The notes under the pieces were generated by a model that searched no databases, was not told where the DNA came from, and was given only the letters and a program-made list of their open reading frames with translations. Both the position numbers and the translations under genes were made by a program. Shown one piece after another: positions 1 to 11,694 of a DNA stretch of 64,000 nucleotides. Origin of the DNA: Camelus dromedarius (taxonomy: Eukaryota). Each line of letters starts with the position of its first letter. Position 1 is the stretch's first letter. The DNA lies in assembly GCF_036321535.1 (NCBI RefSeq), contig NC_087437.1:104968001-105032000 (forward strand). The letters are read 5' to 3'.

Positions 1-85
1 ATATTCCTTTTCCTATTCTTTTTCATTATAGGCTATTACAAGGTTTTGGATATAGTTCCCTGTGCTATACAGTAGGACCTGGTTG
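1..85 (-). mobile_element. L1 3'-end fragment (truncated by window start)
   Basis: TTCCCTGTGCTATACAGTAGGACC and flanking sequence resemble the reverse complement of the L1 3'UTR at ~16945-16970 and the fragments at 26.6 kb and 39.8 kb. Confidence 0.75.
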
Positions 86-639
86 TGTTAAATGCCCTCA
101 TTTTAAATAGGGATGTTTATTGTGGTTACGATGACCCTCTTCCCCCAGTGTAATGTGGGTGTGTGAGGGTGGGAGGTGCTGAGGGAAATACGAGTAGGGA
201 ACACGTAAGTTGACAATTTTACTTGTTGGCTTTCCAGGACATAAGGACCTGTTAAGAAGACTCTCCTAAGATCTTAGATTTGGAGCCTAGTGCTCTGGTT
301 GAATGGAACTCCTGACGGGTGGAGGTAGGTAAGTAAGAAGGAATGTACATTCACTTGTAAAGAAAGGAGAGTGAAGAGGAGAGACGAGATGAATAGACCT
401 GTGGTAGCCGCATAGGCTGCATTTTTGTTTGTAAATATTGACTTCACATCTCTTAGGGACAATTGCCCCTCTTCTCCCACTGGCCTCAGTCCTGGGCAGG
501 CATTGTGCTTTGATTGGTGAAATAAATGCAAAAAAAAAAAAAAATGGCTCTTCTTCACGTCTGTCAGATGGTGAAGAGCCAGTGTGTGTCTTGCCATTCT
601 TTTCTTTCATTTGCTCTAGGGTGTGGAAGTGTGTATGAA

Positions 640-805
640 AGTGAAGCCTCCATCAACAATGGTCCCTGAATAACCATAGGAAGCAGAGGTCCCCTGCTAG
701 ACCTAGGGAGACATGTGAGCCATGCAAAGAATAAACTCTGTTAGCGAGTGAGATATTAGGGCTGTTTGTTAAGCAGGAAAATATGTTCTATCCTATCTAA
801 TTCAG
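640..805 (+). mobile_element. Old MaLR (MLT1-like) LTR 3' remnant
   Basis: AATAAACTCTG..GAGATATTAGGGCTGTTTGTTA..CTATCCTATCTAATTCA resembles recalled MLT1 LTR ends. Confidence 0.5.
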
Positions 806-2826
806 TAAGATAATACAGATATTTTTTCCATCAACTGGGAATGCCTTAGAGCACTGGTGAAAAGACAACCAGAGTAAAAATAAAATAAATATGTAGTCTA
901 TGTAGCACCATTCCTTAATCATTTAGTTCAGTATCCCAACCTTTCCCAGTAATATTGGTGTATGGATAACTTCAACAAAGCACACCAGCTCCAACACACA
1001 GCTTACCAGGATCACGTTGTCCTAACATTAGATGGTCATTGTCTTGGGGCCAAAATAATAATAAAGGGAGATACAAAATTAGGTAAGTCTAATCAGGAGA
1101 TCTGGGGAGAGAGGCTGTGAATCACACAACTGTGAAAACTTCAATTGCAGTCATTAAAGTTTGAGTTGAGAGATAAATAATCCAGAAAAAAAAAAAGCCA
1201 GACTTTAAATGAAGCAAGGTAATAGAGATAGAAATCCACAATGCTGATTTAGAAAGCTCAAAGTCCATGGGTTGACAAATATTTGTGACACAAATATTTT
1301 CAGAGTACCATGGAGAGTTCTTGTGGACAGTTTTGCAAAAGACTGTCAGGCCTCTAGCAAGGGATCTTCCAATTTGAGAAATATCTGAGTCACTAGAAGG
1401 CAGCATTCAAAGTGTCCACTTGACTGAACAAAGAAGTCATGCATCTGTATAAACAGAAATTTTTCCTCTCTGTGTGTAACGGGAGATGTTTTTCTGTCTT
1501 TGAGCTGAATTTCTAAGCCAGGAGAGTTAAGGCAGAACAGTAACACGAACAAGTTTAACTCATACTATGCAATACACAATAGTAAAAAGAGCACAGCTTT
1601 GGGTGCCAGAAAGTCCCCGGTTTGAATTCAAGCTCTCAAATTCTCAACAAACATGCTGACCTTTACAGGGGGAGAAAAAAAAAAAAGCTATTTAGGATTC
1701 CTTCTTTGAAAATTTAGAAGCGTCAGCTGTCTAGTTTATAACCACATGAATTGTGCTTGTATATTATGTTCTTGTACTTTTTATTTTGTGAAATTATGCA
1801 GAAAATACACACACAAGCCATGTGTCCTCGATGAAGCAATAGATACAGAGATGCATTTACTTCCAGAGCAGCTCTGGGAAAATCCCAGGAATCTAATTGT
1901 CTGTGGACTAGTTTGAGAGTGTTTTGCTCTATTTACCCAATTTCTTAAAGCTTAGAAGTAGTTGTTCTCTAGGAAATATTTTCAGGTCTGATATTCAATT
2001 GTCCATTAATTGAAGAGTAATCTTAGCTTTGTAGAAGGAAGCAATATACAGTCATTGAGATAAATAGTTGCATCTAGGGTATTTATTTGTTTCCACATGG
2101 TAAAATCTGTGAATACGCCTTGGTATAAAAAAAAAATAACATTTCTGTTGAAATAGACTTCTAGTCTCTGAAGGATATAGATTTCTTCAGGGCCAGGCAA
2201 CTGCAGGTCCCTAATTAGTTCCTGAATGAACTAGTGAAAGGAACTAGCTCTCTGGCCATTTATTTCAATCCCTGTACTAACTACATCTTCAGAACTGTCA
2301 AAAGTTATTTGTACACACACACATAAAGAAAATAGGAATTATACCATTCTACCTCCTTCTCAGGGACTGGAAAGAATAAACACAGCACTTGTAAATGCAT
2401 ATATTGTACGTATGCGTGTAATATGTATTTAAAAAGCCAAGAAGTTTAAAAGATCGTCTGTTTTGATATCCTGATTGTGCTGAGATGAAGGTAAAAGACT
2501 GGTACTAAAATCTAAACAAAAAAATTCAGTTTTCCTGAAAGCTTCAAATTCTACTCACTGAGGTATTTTATCTATATTTGTAATTACCAAACCATAAAAG
2601 CTTATTCCCAAAACATGACAAGAAAACCTGTGTATCGCTGTAGGGTACAGGTAATTCTCAAAAGAGTGAGCAGAGAATAATATTCATTCCCAGTGGACTC
2701 AACTGTGGATGGTGTGAACAGAACGACTCTGGAGGTAACGTTAATAATAATTCAAACAATCTACTTCAAGAACTTTATAATGTCTCAAGCAACCAAGACA
2801 TTGTTTAGCTTTGTTTGTATAGAAGG

Positions 2827-3199
2827 TGTTATGTGTTGAATTGTGTCCCCCACCAAATTCTTATATTGAAGTCCTAGCCCTCAGTACTTAACAATGTGAC
2901 TGTATTTTAGAGAGAGCTTTTTAACAGGTAATTGCAAGAACACGAGGTCATGTGGTTGAGCGCTAAACCAATATGACTCCTGTACTTATAAGAAGAGATG
3001 AGGACAGAGAGACACAGATTCAGGGGTGACGATGTGAGGTCATAGCAAGAAAATGATCATTTACAAGCCATAGAAAGAGACCTCAAAACAAAATTATCTG
3101 ATACCTTCATCTCAGACTTGCAGGCTTCCCGAACTGTGAGGAAGTAAATTTCTGTTGTTTAAGCCATCCAAGTCTGTATTTGTCGCAGACTAATATACA
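2827..3199 (+). mobile_element. MaLR solo LTR (MLT1A/B-like)
   Basis: Starts TGTTATGTGTTGAATTGTGTCCCC and ends AATTTCTGTTGTTTAAGCCA...CTAATATACA; TG..CA termini; typical MLT1 internal motifs. Confidence 0.8.
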
Positions 3200-3215
3200 A
3201 GGTGTTTCTTGTGCC

Positions 3216-3829
3216 TCTCTCAACTTTTTTTTTAAATTCAGAACAAAACCACTCATTTTTATTAAGACAATTAAGTAATTTTTTTTTTCATGGACTACAT
3301 GAAAGCGAGGGGGGAGAAGACGTTCTGAAATTCTCATAAAGACGTGTGAATTTAAATGCGCTGAAGGTTGGGTATGCACTCAGTGGTCTCTCACCGAAGC
3401 AAACCAGTAGCCCTTGGAGCAATCTGGGAAACGGTGTAAGCACAGAACTGAGCCTGGGGTACTATCAAAACTCCCCCTGCTCCTTCTGCTTCTGAATCTC
3501 CATGTAACTTAAGGAACAGAGATGAGGGAGGCTGTTCTCTTGGCCTTGAACCACCACATTTTCAGGGATCTCTTGGATGGAGGGAAAAGCTCTGTCCCAC
3601 ATGATCAGACACTGGGTGTTGCCCACTTTGGGAGTCTGGCAGAAGAGGATCTTGTGCTTGTTGCAGACTAATATTGGGTCAAGGACAAACCTGGAGACTG
3701 GGGTGTGTGAAAGATTCTGCAGAGCTTCCTCCCTGCAGATGTTCAGATGAGCTCCAGGCACTGCATGTAGACCAGGGGCCGGACCAGCCAGCTGCCTGTC
3801 TGCATCTTCCCTGTTGGCTTGTGTGCGTG

Positions 3830-3862
<33 letters not shown>

Positions 3863-4430
3863 TCATGCTTTAGTTCAGAGCGGCTGCAACATCCTGGCGT
3901 TTGACACATTGTCAGGAACAGAAACTCCTGTTGTGGTGCTGTAGGCACTGGGATCTTTAAAGGTCAGCTTGATGAACTTGCTGGGCAGTATGAACATGAA
4001 AATCACCCAAAAGCAAGTGGCCAACAGAAGCCACTAGTGGTGCATGTTGTCAAACATCAGCCATTCGGTGATCCTTCCTGCCAGGGACCGCGCAGATCCT
4101 TGGGATGGGCGTTCCTCACGCTCTCACGCCCAGGAGAGATGTAGGCACCTGGGTCCTCAGCGGGTCACACAAGTCGAACTTTGCATCTGCCTTCTAAGGC
4201 CTGGTCCATATTTCCTTGCATAATTGCTTCATCTGAGGTTCTTGACTCCTCCTGTCACCTCTGTGGTGCTGGAGCTCCCTGGGGTCCCCCAGCCATTCTG
4301 CTCCCCTGGAGGTGAGGCACACAGGGTCCCTGCGTCTTGGGAGAGGCCCGCCGGCTCACTTGCCCCAAGGCCTCTGCGCCTTCACCCGTGGCCTCTGCGC
4401 CACAAGCCAGGCTGGGGTCTTTCAACTTTT
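3216..4430 (-). pseudogene. CHST10: Processed pseudogene (retrocopy) of CHST10, carbohydrate sulfotransferase 10 / HNK-1ST
   Basis: Minus strand from ATG 4045 reads MHH*WLLLATCFWVIFMFILPSKFIKLTFKDP, then QEFLFLT, KPTGK, NLSHTPVSRFVLDPILVCNKHKILFCQTPKVGNTQ and AFPSIQEIPENVV...EIQK, all matching CHST10. It is intronless, with a stop at codon 4 (4034-4036) and frameshifts. GC-rich 5'UTR 4046-4417; AATAAA 3263-3258; poly(A) 3233-3225; 13-bp TSD TCTCTCAACTTTT (3216-3228) / TCTTTCAACTTTT (4418-4430). Confidence 0.95.
3821..3862. repeat. (GT)n/(CA)n microsatellite inside the CHST10 retrocopy
   Basis: Directly visible GTGTGCGTGTGTGTGCGTGT(GT)n. Confidence 0.95.
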
Positions 4431-5441
4431 ACAATCATACCAGATGCATAATTTTTGGAAAGAGCTTAACATCCAATTTTTAAAACAAGGTGAAATATTT
4501 GAAATATATTGATTTTGGTATGTTTTATGTTTATATTCAACACATATATGGCATTTTAGAAAACATTTCTTAAAGTTGAGGATTTCAACCAAGAAGACTT
4601 TCTAGAATAACTTGTTTAAATGTCCTGGCAATGCAGAACACCACTTTGGTTAATAACTACAGGGAATTGCAAAATGGGTTGTGATCCTTCATCCCTTCCT
4701 GTGTTCAGACTTCTTGCTGCTCCTCTCATTAGGAGGTGGATTCTGTATTTCCCCACCTTTGAGTGACTTGCCTCAGCTGACAGAACACCCCGGAGATGGC
4801 TGTGTGCCAGTGCTCAGCCTAGGCCTCCAAGACCTTTGTGCACTTGTCTCTCTCTTGAAATTTGCCTCCTCCATGAACAGAAGCCATGTGCCTTCTGGAT
4901 GACAAGAAACACGTGACCCAGTCATCCTCTCACCCTTCGTAGACCATTGACCGACTACAAGGCATCTGAATTAAACTGGGTTGACTTCTCAGCTCCCTCC
5001 CTGATTCTGTTTCCATGGATAAAGATTTACATATTAATATCTAATAGAATTTATTAGCAATGTAAATTAAATTACCTTTATCTTGAAGTAATGTCGTATT
5101 TCCTTTTAGTAGACACATTTGCTATTTTAGTCCATACCACTGGCAGACTGTCACTCCAGGGAGGCAGCATTTTATAAGGGGTTCAGGTCACAGGCTTTAA
5201 GTCTGATTTACTTGAGTCCAGGTCCTAACCCTGTCACATATTAGGCATCTCTTGGGAGGATCCCTTAATTTATGTGGGTTTCAGGTTTTTCCATCTTCAA
5301 AAAGAGAATTTCAATGTTTTTTATATAAAAGCATTTTTGTGAGGACTAAATGAGATAATATTGAAGCCAAATCTTTCCTAAAACTGAGTTCTTCTGCGAG
5401 TTTATGATTAACCTCTCTATCCAAATCTTCATTCCCTTTCT

Positions 5442-6104
5442 TGTCCTGAACCTGTTCCCCTCAAGCCTGGACAGTACCAAAGAAAGCAGGGGAGTGAACC
5501 ACATACAGACCCCCATGTCCCTGTCCTTTAAAGTAAAAGTTTTTTGCTTTAGTCTCCCAGGCCTCCCCTGAGTCTCAAAAAGGCTGATTCGAGAGTTAAT
5601 AACTAGGAAATGTGAAGATACAGAAACAAAGAATAGCTATTGCGCCAGGGAAACTGGTGACAATTTAGACTCTTAAACCAGCCACATAACAGAGTCTTCT
5701 AACTCCCAGTGCCCTGAAATATATACATAAAGGCCTGACACACATTCCTAAGTTGTTTTTACAGGAAGCAGAGCCCCACCAGGGGAACAGTGCTGACTGC
5801 TAGCACACAGACCCCAGACTAGCTGAAAGCAGAAGCTTGGTGACGTCCGAAACTTAACCTTGATGCCAACCAATCTGAGAATTGTGCACAAGCTGATCAT
5901 GCCCTGCAGCCCCCTCCCTCGCACTGCCTTTAAAACCCCTTCCCGGAAGGCCATCGGGGAGTTCGGGTCTTTCGAGCCTGAGCTGCCTCTTCTCCTTGCT
6001 TGGCGCCCTGCCATAAGCGCTGTTCTTCCCTTCATCACAACCCGGTGTCAGTAGATTGCCTTTACTGCCCGAGGGCAAAAGGACCCAAGTTTGATTTGGT
6101 AACA
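5442..6104 (+). mobile_element. ERV (class I-like) solo LTR
   Basis: TATA-like GCCTTTAAAACCCCT (~5927), degenerate polyA signal (CCATAAGCGCTG ~6011), 3' end GGACCCAAGTTTGATTTGGTAACA, and retained CpGs. The 5' boundary is uncertain. Confidence 0.7.
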
Positions 6105-7849
6105 ACATATAGAAAATATTTAGAAGAGTGCCTGACACTGTCATCAAGGTAGTATTTTAAAGGTTCTATAGTTTGTTAGCATAATTATTGACAACCTTCT
6201 ATTCCTTTTGTGCAAAAAGAGAGATTAAGCATATAATGCTATATATGGGAAAGGAAAAAAGAAACAAAATGAGAAAAAGAAGACAGGAAGAAAGGAAAAA
6301 GGGCAAAAAAATTGGCAGAGAGTTTCTCAGGAACCTGCCCTGCAGAATGATGTGAAGTAAGTTAGAGAGTTTTGTACAATAAGCCACGATGAATTTTGCA
6401 AACCAGGGGTAAGGCACAGCATTTACTGCATTATTGAAGCTTATGGATTATGGAAATAAACTAGGATTAGTCAGACTTCTTTTTCTTAACTGTGCTTTGA
6501 TTATCTTTTTTTTTTTTTTTTTTTTTCCCCTTCACTTTAGTGGATACAGAAGTTTGGGAATAAAGTCAGGTCTGAAAGCACATGAGACTAACACCTACTC
6601 AGAAAAATTAGATAAAAATAACCTGAGCACTTTAGAGAAATAGATTAGTAAGTGCAGCGGCAGTCTTAAAATAGCGCACATAGACTTTCTGAGCTTCTTT
6701 TTAGTCTTCTTTTAAATTATGCCTATTAGTTATTATGTAACTAGGAACGCGGGCAGACAAAACACGGTGTTTGAAACAGCATAAATTCGAGAGTGCAAAT
6801 GATGGCGATCTACTGTAGATGGTAGTGATGGGAATTAATCTTAGTAGGCAGTCACAGGGCTGCTATTTTCAGTGTGCCCTAAGGTACTGGTCCACTTCAT
6901 TCTTCTCCAGCATAAATCTCTTAGTAGGAATAACAGCGTGCCCGCTCCAAATGTAAGAAGCACTGGTTCAAAAGAGAAAGCAAAGTTAGCGGGATCTAGA
7001 GATGACTGTCAAAGGGAGGTAAAGTCATTCCATCAAACCTTAGTTAATCTAATGGATGGGGCATTTGTTTCAGATTAGCACAGATGCAGCATTCATGAAT
7101 ATCTGTGGACTGCTGTTGTAAAGAATAATCGTGGAAGAAGTTAAGAAGTAGGCAACAGAAAAATGTGAAGTATGAGAACTAGTTTCTACGGTCACATTCA
7201 AGTCTAAACCAATTTGTGTTAAAACCACCATACAAAACATATAGCTTTATATCTAATTCTATTAGTCAGTTTTTTGGATCATCTTAGAGCCAAGGTAGAA
7301 ATCCCAGTATTGTTCTATTAAAACCATTTCTATTACTCCTTCCAGTTTAAAAAAAAAGTTGAAGAAGTTCGTAAGCCCTTCAATCAGAAGTTGTAAGTGT
7401 AAGCAAATTTCACATATCAAGTAATCATTGTATTAACAGATAAATTGTCTACCAGCCTCCACTTGACAAGTACTCTTTCCACTTAGCCATTCCAAAACTT
7501 CAGTCAGGATTCTGTATTTATTTATTTATTTACTTATTTATTTTGGACTGTATTTATCAGTGCATACTAGTTGCTAATATCCATTCGTGACTTTGTAAAT
7601 ATGAACTCTCTTTAATTGAAATGAAACCCACAGCATAATTCTGCACTTAAAAATTTAATAGTCATAAAACATCATCAAAAATGCAGAGAGGGAATACAGA
7701 TTCCCATGTCTGCTTTCATTTAATATTCTCAGCAGAGATTCTCAGTGCTTTTGATGACTCCTTAGTGAAAACGGACTGGAGAACATTCTACCATCCTGTC
7801 TTCGATGATGTAACCGCTATAAATATTCCCTACTCACACTTCCTGCTAC

Positions 7850-8270
7850 AAGGAACAGATTGACACTCAGCAGCCCCCTCCCTCTGCTGCCTCCTGGACC
7901 TGCCACCACATTCCTGATCAGGTCATGCTCCCATGGGCTGCTTCTAGTTGACCACCCTGCCCAGCAGGGATCCTAACGCAGCTTCACTACTGCGAGAAAG
8001 GGAGCTCCTCAAATGGGAGATTTGGGCTTGAGAATTTCTCACTGGCCTGATCAAACCTTTCTTGGAAATGTGCTAGAATCCAAGACACTTCCCACACAAC
8101 TCTCCTGCGTGCCCCTCTCCTTCACAGCTGTCAGAAAGGCAACTCGGTCTGACGCCTCTTCTCACCTTCTCCTACTCCCTCACCATGTTGAACAGGCATT
8201 TCCCCCAATAAATCTCATGCACGTCTAATTTCATTTTGGATTTTGCTTCTAGAAGGAAATACACTAACAC
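7850..8270 (+). mobile_element. ERVL LTR (LTR16-family-like) relic
   Basis: Ends CCCCCAATAAATCTCATGCACGTCTAATTTCATTTTGG...CTAACAC, resembling recalled ERVL LTR 3' ends. Confidence 0.55.
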
Positions 8271-8713
8271 ATTGCTTTCAATATATCATTCTTGATAGCA
8301 ACTGGATGAGTGCTTATGCTTTAATATTATTCTCTGTGATTCAAAAACTGTGTTGCATTTCATGTATTTAATTATTCATATATTTGATAATTGTTGAGGT
8401 CTTGCTATACATTAGAAACAGACACAACTTCATCTCTCAAACATACCTTCACATAACTCACATGGTTTCATAGTTGGAATTGTTGCCTTAATAGGAATTT
8501 TTATCTCCAATTTTTACGACAGTCAAAGGTGTCTGTAAATAGCAAAAAAAATTCCAGGATCATTTTAAATTTATTTATTATTCATACTTGAATATGTGGT
8601 TTGTTTAGGTAGAATAATAAAGTGCTTAAATAGGACTGTATTCTTGTTTAGCAATGTCTCTTCTGTCTCAGTCAAGAGTTCTCTGCAAAACTATGATAAA
8701 TGTTCCTTTGTTG

Positions 8714-8925
8714 CAAGATTCCTCAGTCTCAGTGCAATTGATTTCTTAAACTATGTGATTCTTTGTTGTGGATGACTGTTCTATATATTACGGGATGTTT
8801 ATCTACAACCTTGGCCTCTACCCATTAGATGACAACAGCAACCCTCCAGTTGTGACAGTCAAAAATATCTCAAGACATTGTCAAATATCCACTGGGGAGA
8901 AGCATTGCTTGTTTGAGAACCCCTG
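8714..8925 (-). mobile_element. MER20 (hAT-Charlie) DNA transposon
   Basis: GGCCTCTACCCATTAGATG..CCAGTTGTGACA..AGACATTGTCAAAT..TTGAGAACCCCTG is the reverse complement of the recalled MER20 consensus. Confidence 0.8.
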
Positions 8926-10004
8926 TTTTTTTAAGAACTTCTTGAAGACCAGTAAAAGGAATGATTGAAATCACAATGTAAAAAATTGTTTATTAAGTAC
9001 TTAAATGCAATATAAAAAGTGTGTGTTTGCATGTGTGTGTGTGTGTGAGACCTATGATTTATGGTACAGTTTCTAAACATTTCCATTTCACACCATTCTA
9101 GCTTACTATTGAAATATAGAAAAGTTTTCACTCCTAAATAGTAATATTAAAATGTGTATAATTTTTTAAATGCAAAAAAAGAAACTAAAGTTATTTGTTC
9201 AGAAGAAGAGAACTCTCAGGATTAAGAGACCACAACTACAAAAACAACCTCAGTCAAATCACCAGTTGATATATAATTGAAACAGAGGGAACTTGGTTGT
9301 TAGAATTGTCAAGGTCTAGTCACATTTCTCAAAGTTCAGGTAAAAATTATTTTGAATAACGTTTAAAAGGCCCTGATAATTGGCCATAGGATAATCTATG
9401 AGTTTTCACCATTTCTATACAATTGTGAATATATTTATTATCAGATTTCCATGTTCTCTTTAAAAACATATGCAAAACTTGGTGTAAGACCTCAGAGGAA
9501 CCATTTGGAGAAAGTTATATTACAAACTACAGTTCTGTGGCTATGCGTATTTTTACACCGTTACCAAGTGGCCCTTTGCTACTAAAAAGAAAGATTTACT
9601 GGAGCAATGATCAGTAGTGGTTCTGCACATTATTTTCAATCAGCAATTTTTCTGGAATAACTCTCCCTGGATGGGCCATGATGCACGGTCACTTTGATAG
9701 ATTCTGTTACGAAGACAGAGAACAGTTATTCCTCCAGGCAAAACAAGCCAAAGGAGAGTGTGTAACTGTAGCGAATCTAGAAGGTGGGGTGGGGGATGGG
9801 ATGAGGGAGATTTACAAAGACTCAGGTTTGCTAGAAATGATCAGGTCATCCCTGATTGCAGCATGAAAAAAATAATTGAGCATGATTTTATAGTCTACTA
9901 AAATACAATCATGTAACGAAAACGAGTATGCTGTCAACAAGAGACAAGTGTAATTAAATAAATAAGATGAATTTGACACAAGAAGCCTATAAACTTCTTT
10001 CATC

Positions 10005-11694
10005 GGACGGACGGAGAAGATGGCGGAGTAGAAGGATGCTCGCAGGTCACCCTCTCCCACAAATACACCAAGACCCACATCTACAGACCCACTCAGCCAA
10101 CCAGAGCACCTGTGGAACTCCGACAGAACATCGCCCTCTTTAAAAGATAAAGACGCCAAAAATCTGGTAGGAGAAAAGGAAAAAAGAAAGAACAAAAGGC
10201 AAAGCAGCGCGGGACGGGTCCCGCGGGGAGGGAGCAGCAAAGGAGGACTGGCGCTCGCTCGCTGGGTCTCCCCTCTCCAACTGAGAGGCCAGCGGGACAG
10301 AGGGGGAGCCTCCGAGGCTCGGATCTGTACAGAGCAGCCCTTGACTAACAGAACTAAGCTAAACGGGCACAGATCGTCCCCCCGACACCCAGCCTGAGAC
10401 GCCAGCCTGCAGCGGCGGGCAGGGCCAGGCTGCACAAGCCGGGCGGAGGACGGAAGTGGCTGCACGGAGGCAGCCCCGGGGGAACGCAAGGGGCTGCGCG
10501 CCGTGGCTGTGGGTGCACAGGGCAGAACAACCTGGGCCCTCCATAAAACAGCAAGGTTGATGTGCTCTCGGGGGAAGGGTGCACACCCCCATCTCTGAAA
10601 ACCCGCGGAAAGTTTTCGGCGTAAGAGAGGGGGGCTCAGGCAAAGCCGCCAAATCCTCCGCGCTGAGCACTCAGGCGGGGGCGGGGGCGAAACCTGCATC
10701 CGCACCAAAGGGCTTAGCAGCCTCAAAGGTCAGACTGAGACTGGCCTGCAGCCCGGGGCAGATAGGATCCTTCCATCCTGGTCCCTCAGAGAACTTGCTC
10801 CACAAAGACAAACAAGGAACTGGGTTTTTGCTCGGAGCAGGGACAGGGCTGTCCCTCGGTCTTCCCCGAGCCCACCTGCGGAGTGCCGACCAGGGCGCAG
10901 CGCGCAGCCGCACAGAGCAGCGGAACTACCGGCGGTGGCACAGGTAGAGCGAGAGCGGCCCCCCGCCTTTCGGGCAGGAACACAGCCCCTGACCGAGGTG
11001 CTGGGAGGGGGCGCGACCCGCCCTCCTACCTGGCCAGTCTGCAACATCTGACTGCGGCATCCGGAGGGGCAGCGACCCGCCCGCCCACAGCAGAGGAGAG
11101 CTGCACCTGGCCCAGTTTGGGAGGAGGCACGATCTGCTTGCCGACAGGTGCTGGGAGCAGCACAGAAGAGGGCGCCAACGGAGGGCCTCTGAAAACAGCA
11201 AGCTGAGCTTCCAAAACAGGATGAAGACAGAAAGACTTCACATTAAAAGCACACAGACTCCAGGAGAACACCAACAAACCACCCCCCCTTTTTTTTTTTA
11301 ATCTGTTTTTACCTGTTCTATTTTCTATTACTCTCTTAATTTTTACTTCTTAATTCATTTCTATTTCTCTTGGGTTTTGATGTCCTGCTATTGATTAGAC
11401 ACAGGTTTCAAATACATCTATTCATCTCCCCCCCCCCCCTTTTTTTGTAAAGGTTTTAAAAGGACGTCTCAACCCGATTAATACTCTGCTTCAACTCGCT
11501 CTTCTATTATTCATTATACACTGTTTTCAAACCCTCTTTCTCCCTTCTTTTAAAATTCTTTCTCTCTCTCTTATTTTTTTTTCTTTTTTTCCTAAGTTCT
11601 ATTCCTAAATAGGCATCAGATAGATAAAATCCTTAAGGGCCAAAATAAACAACTGATACTCCATAAACCACAGTGCCAAAGAGGTACGAGCAAG
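10005..11694 (+). promoter_or_regulatory. L1 5'UTR with internal Pol II promoter / CpG island
   Basis: YY1-type motif AAGATGGCGG at 10017-10026 near the 5' end (conserved in mammalian L1s); dense CpG ~10200-11200; pyrimidine-rich tract ~11280-11600. Confidence 0.85.

Noticed and set aside
3465..3948. ORF-track ORFs of 133 aa and 89 aa as functional genes
   Set aside because: They are frameshifted pieces of the CHST10 pseudogene. The true start is followed by a stop at codon 4, and the THTH run comes from a microsatellite.
10354..11277. Many overlapping 65-122-aa ORFs in the L1 5'UTR
   Set aside because: Expected in GC-rich, stop-poor sequence; only the longest antisense frame is kept as a lead.
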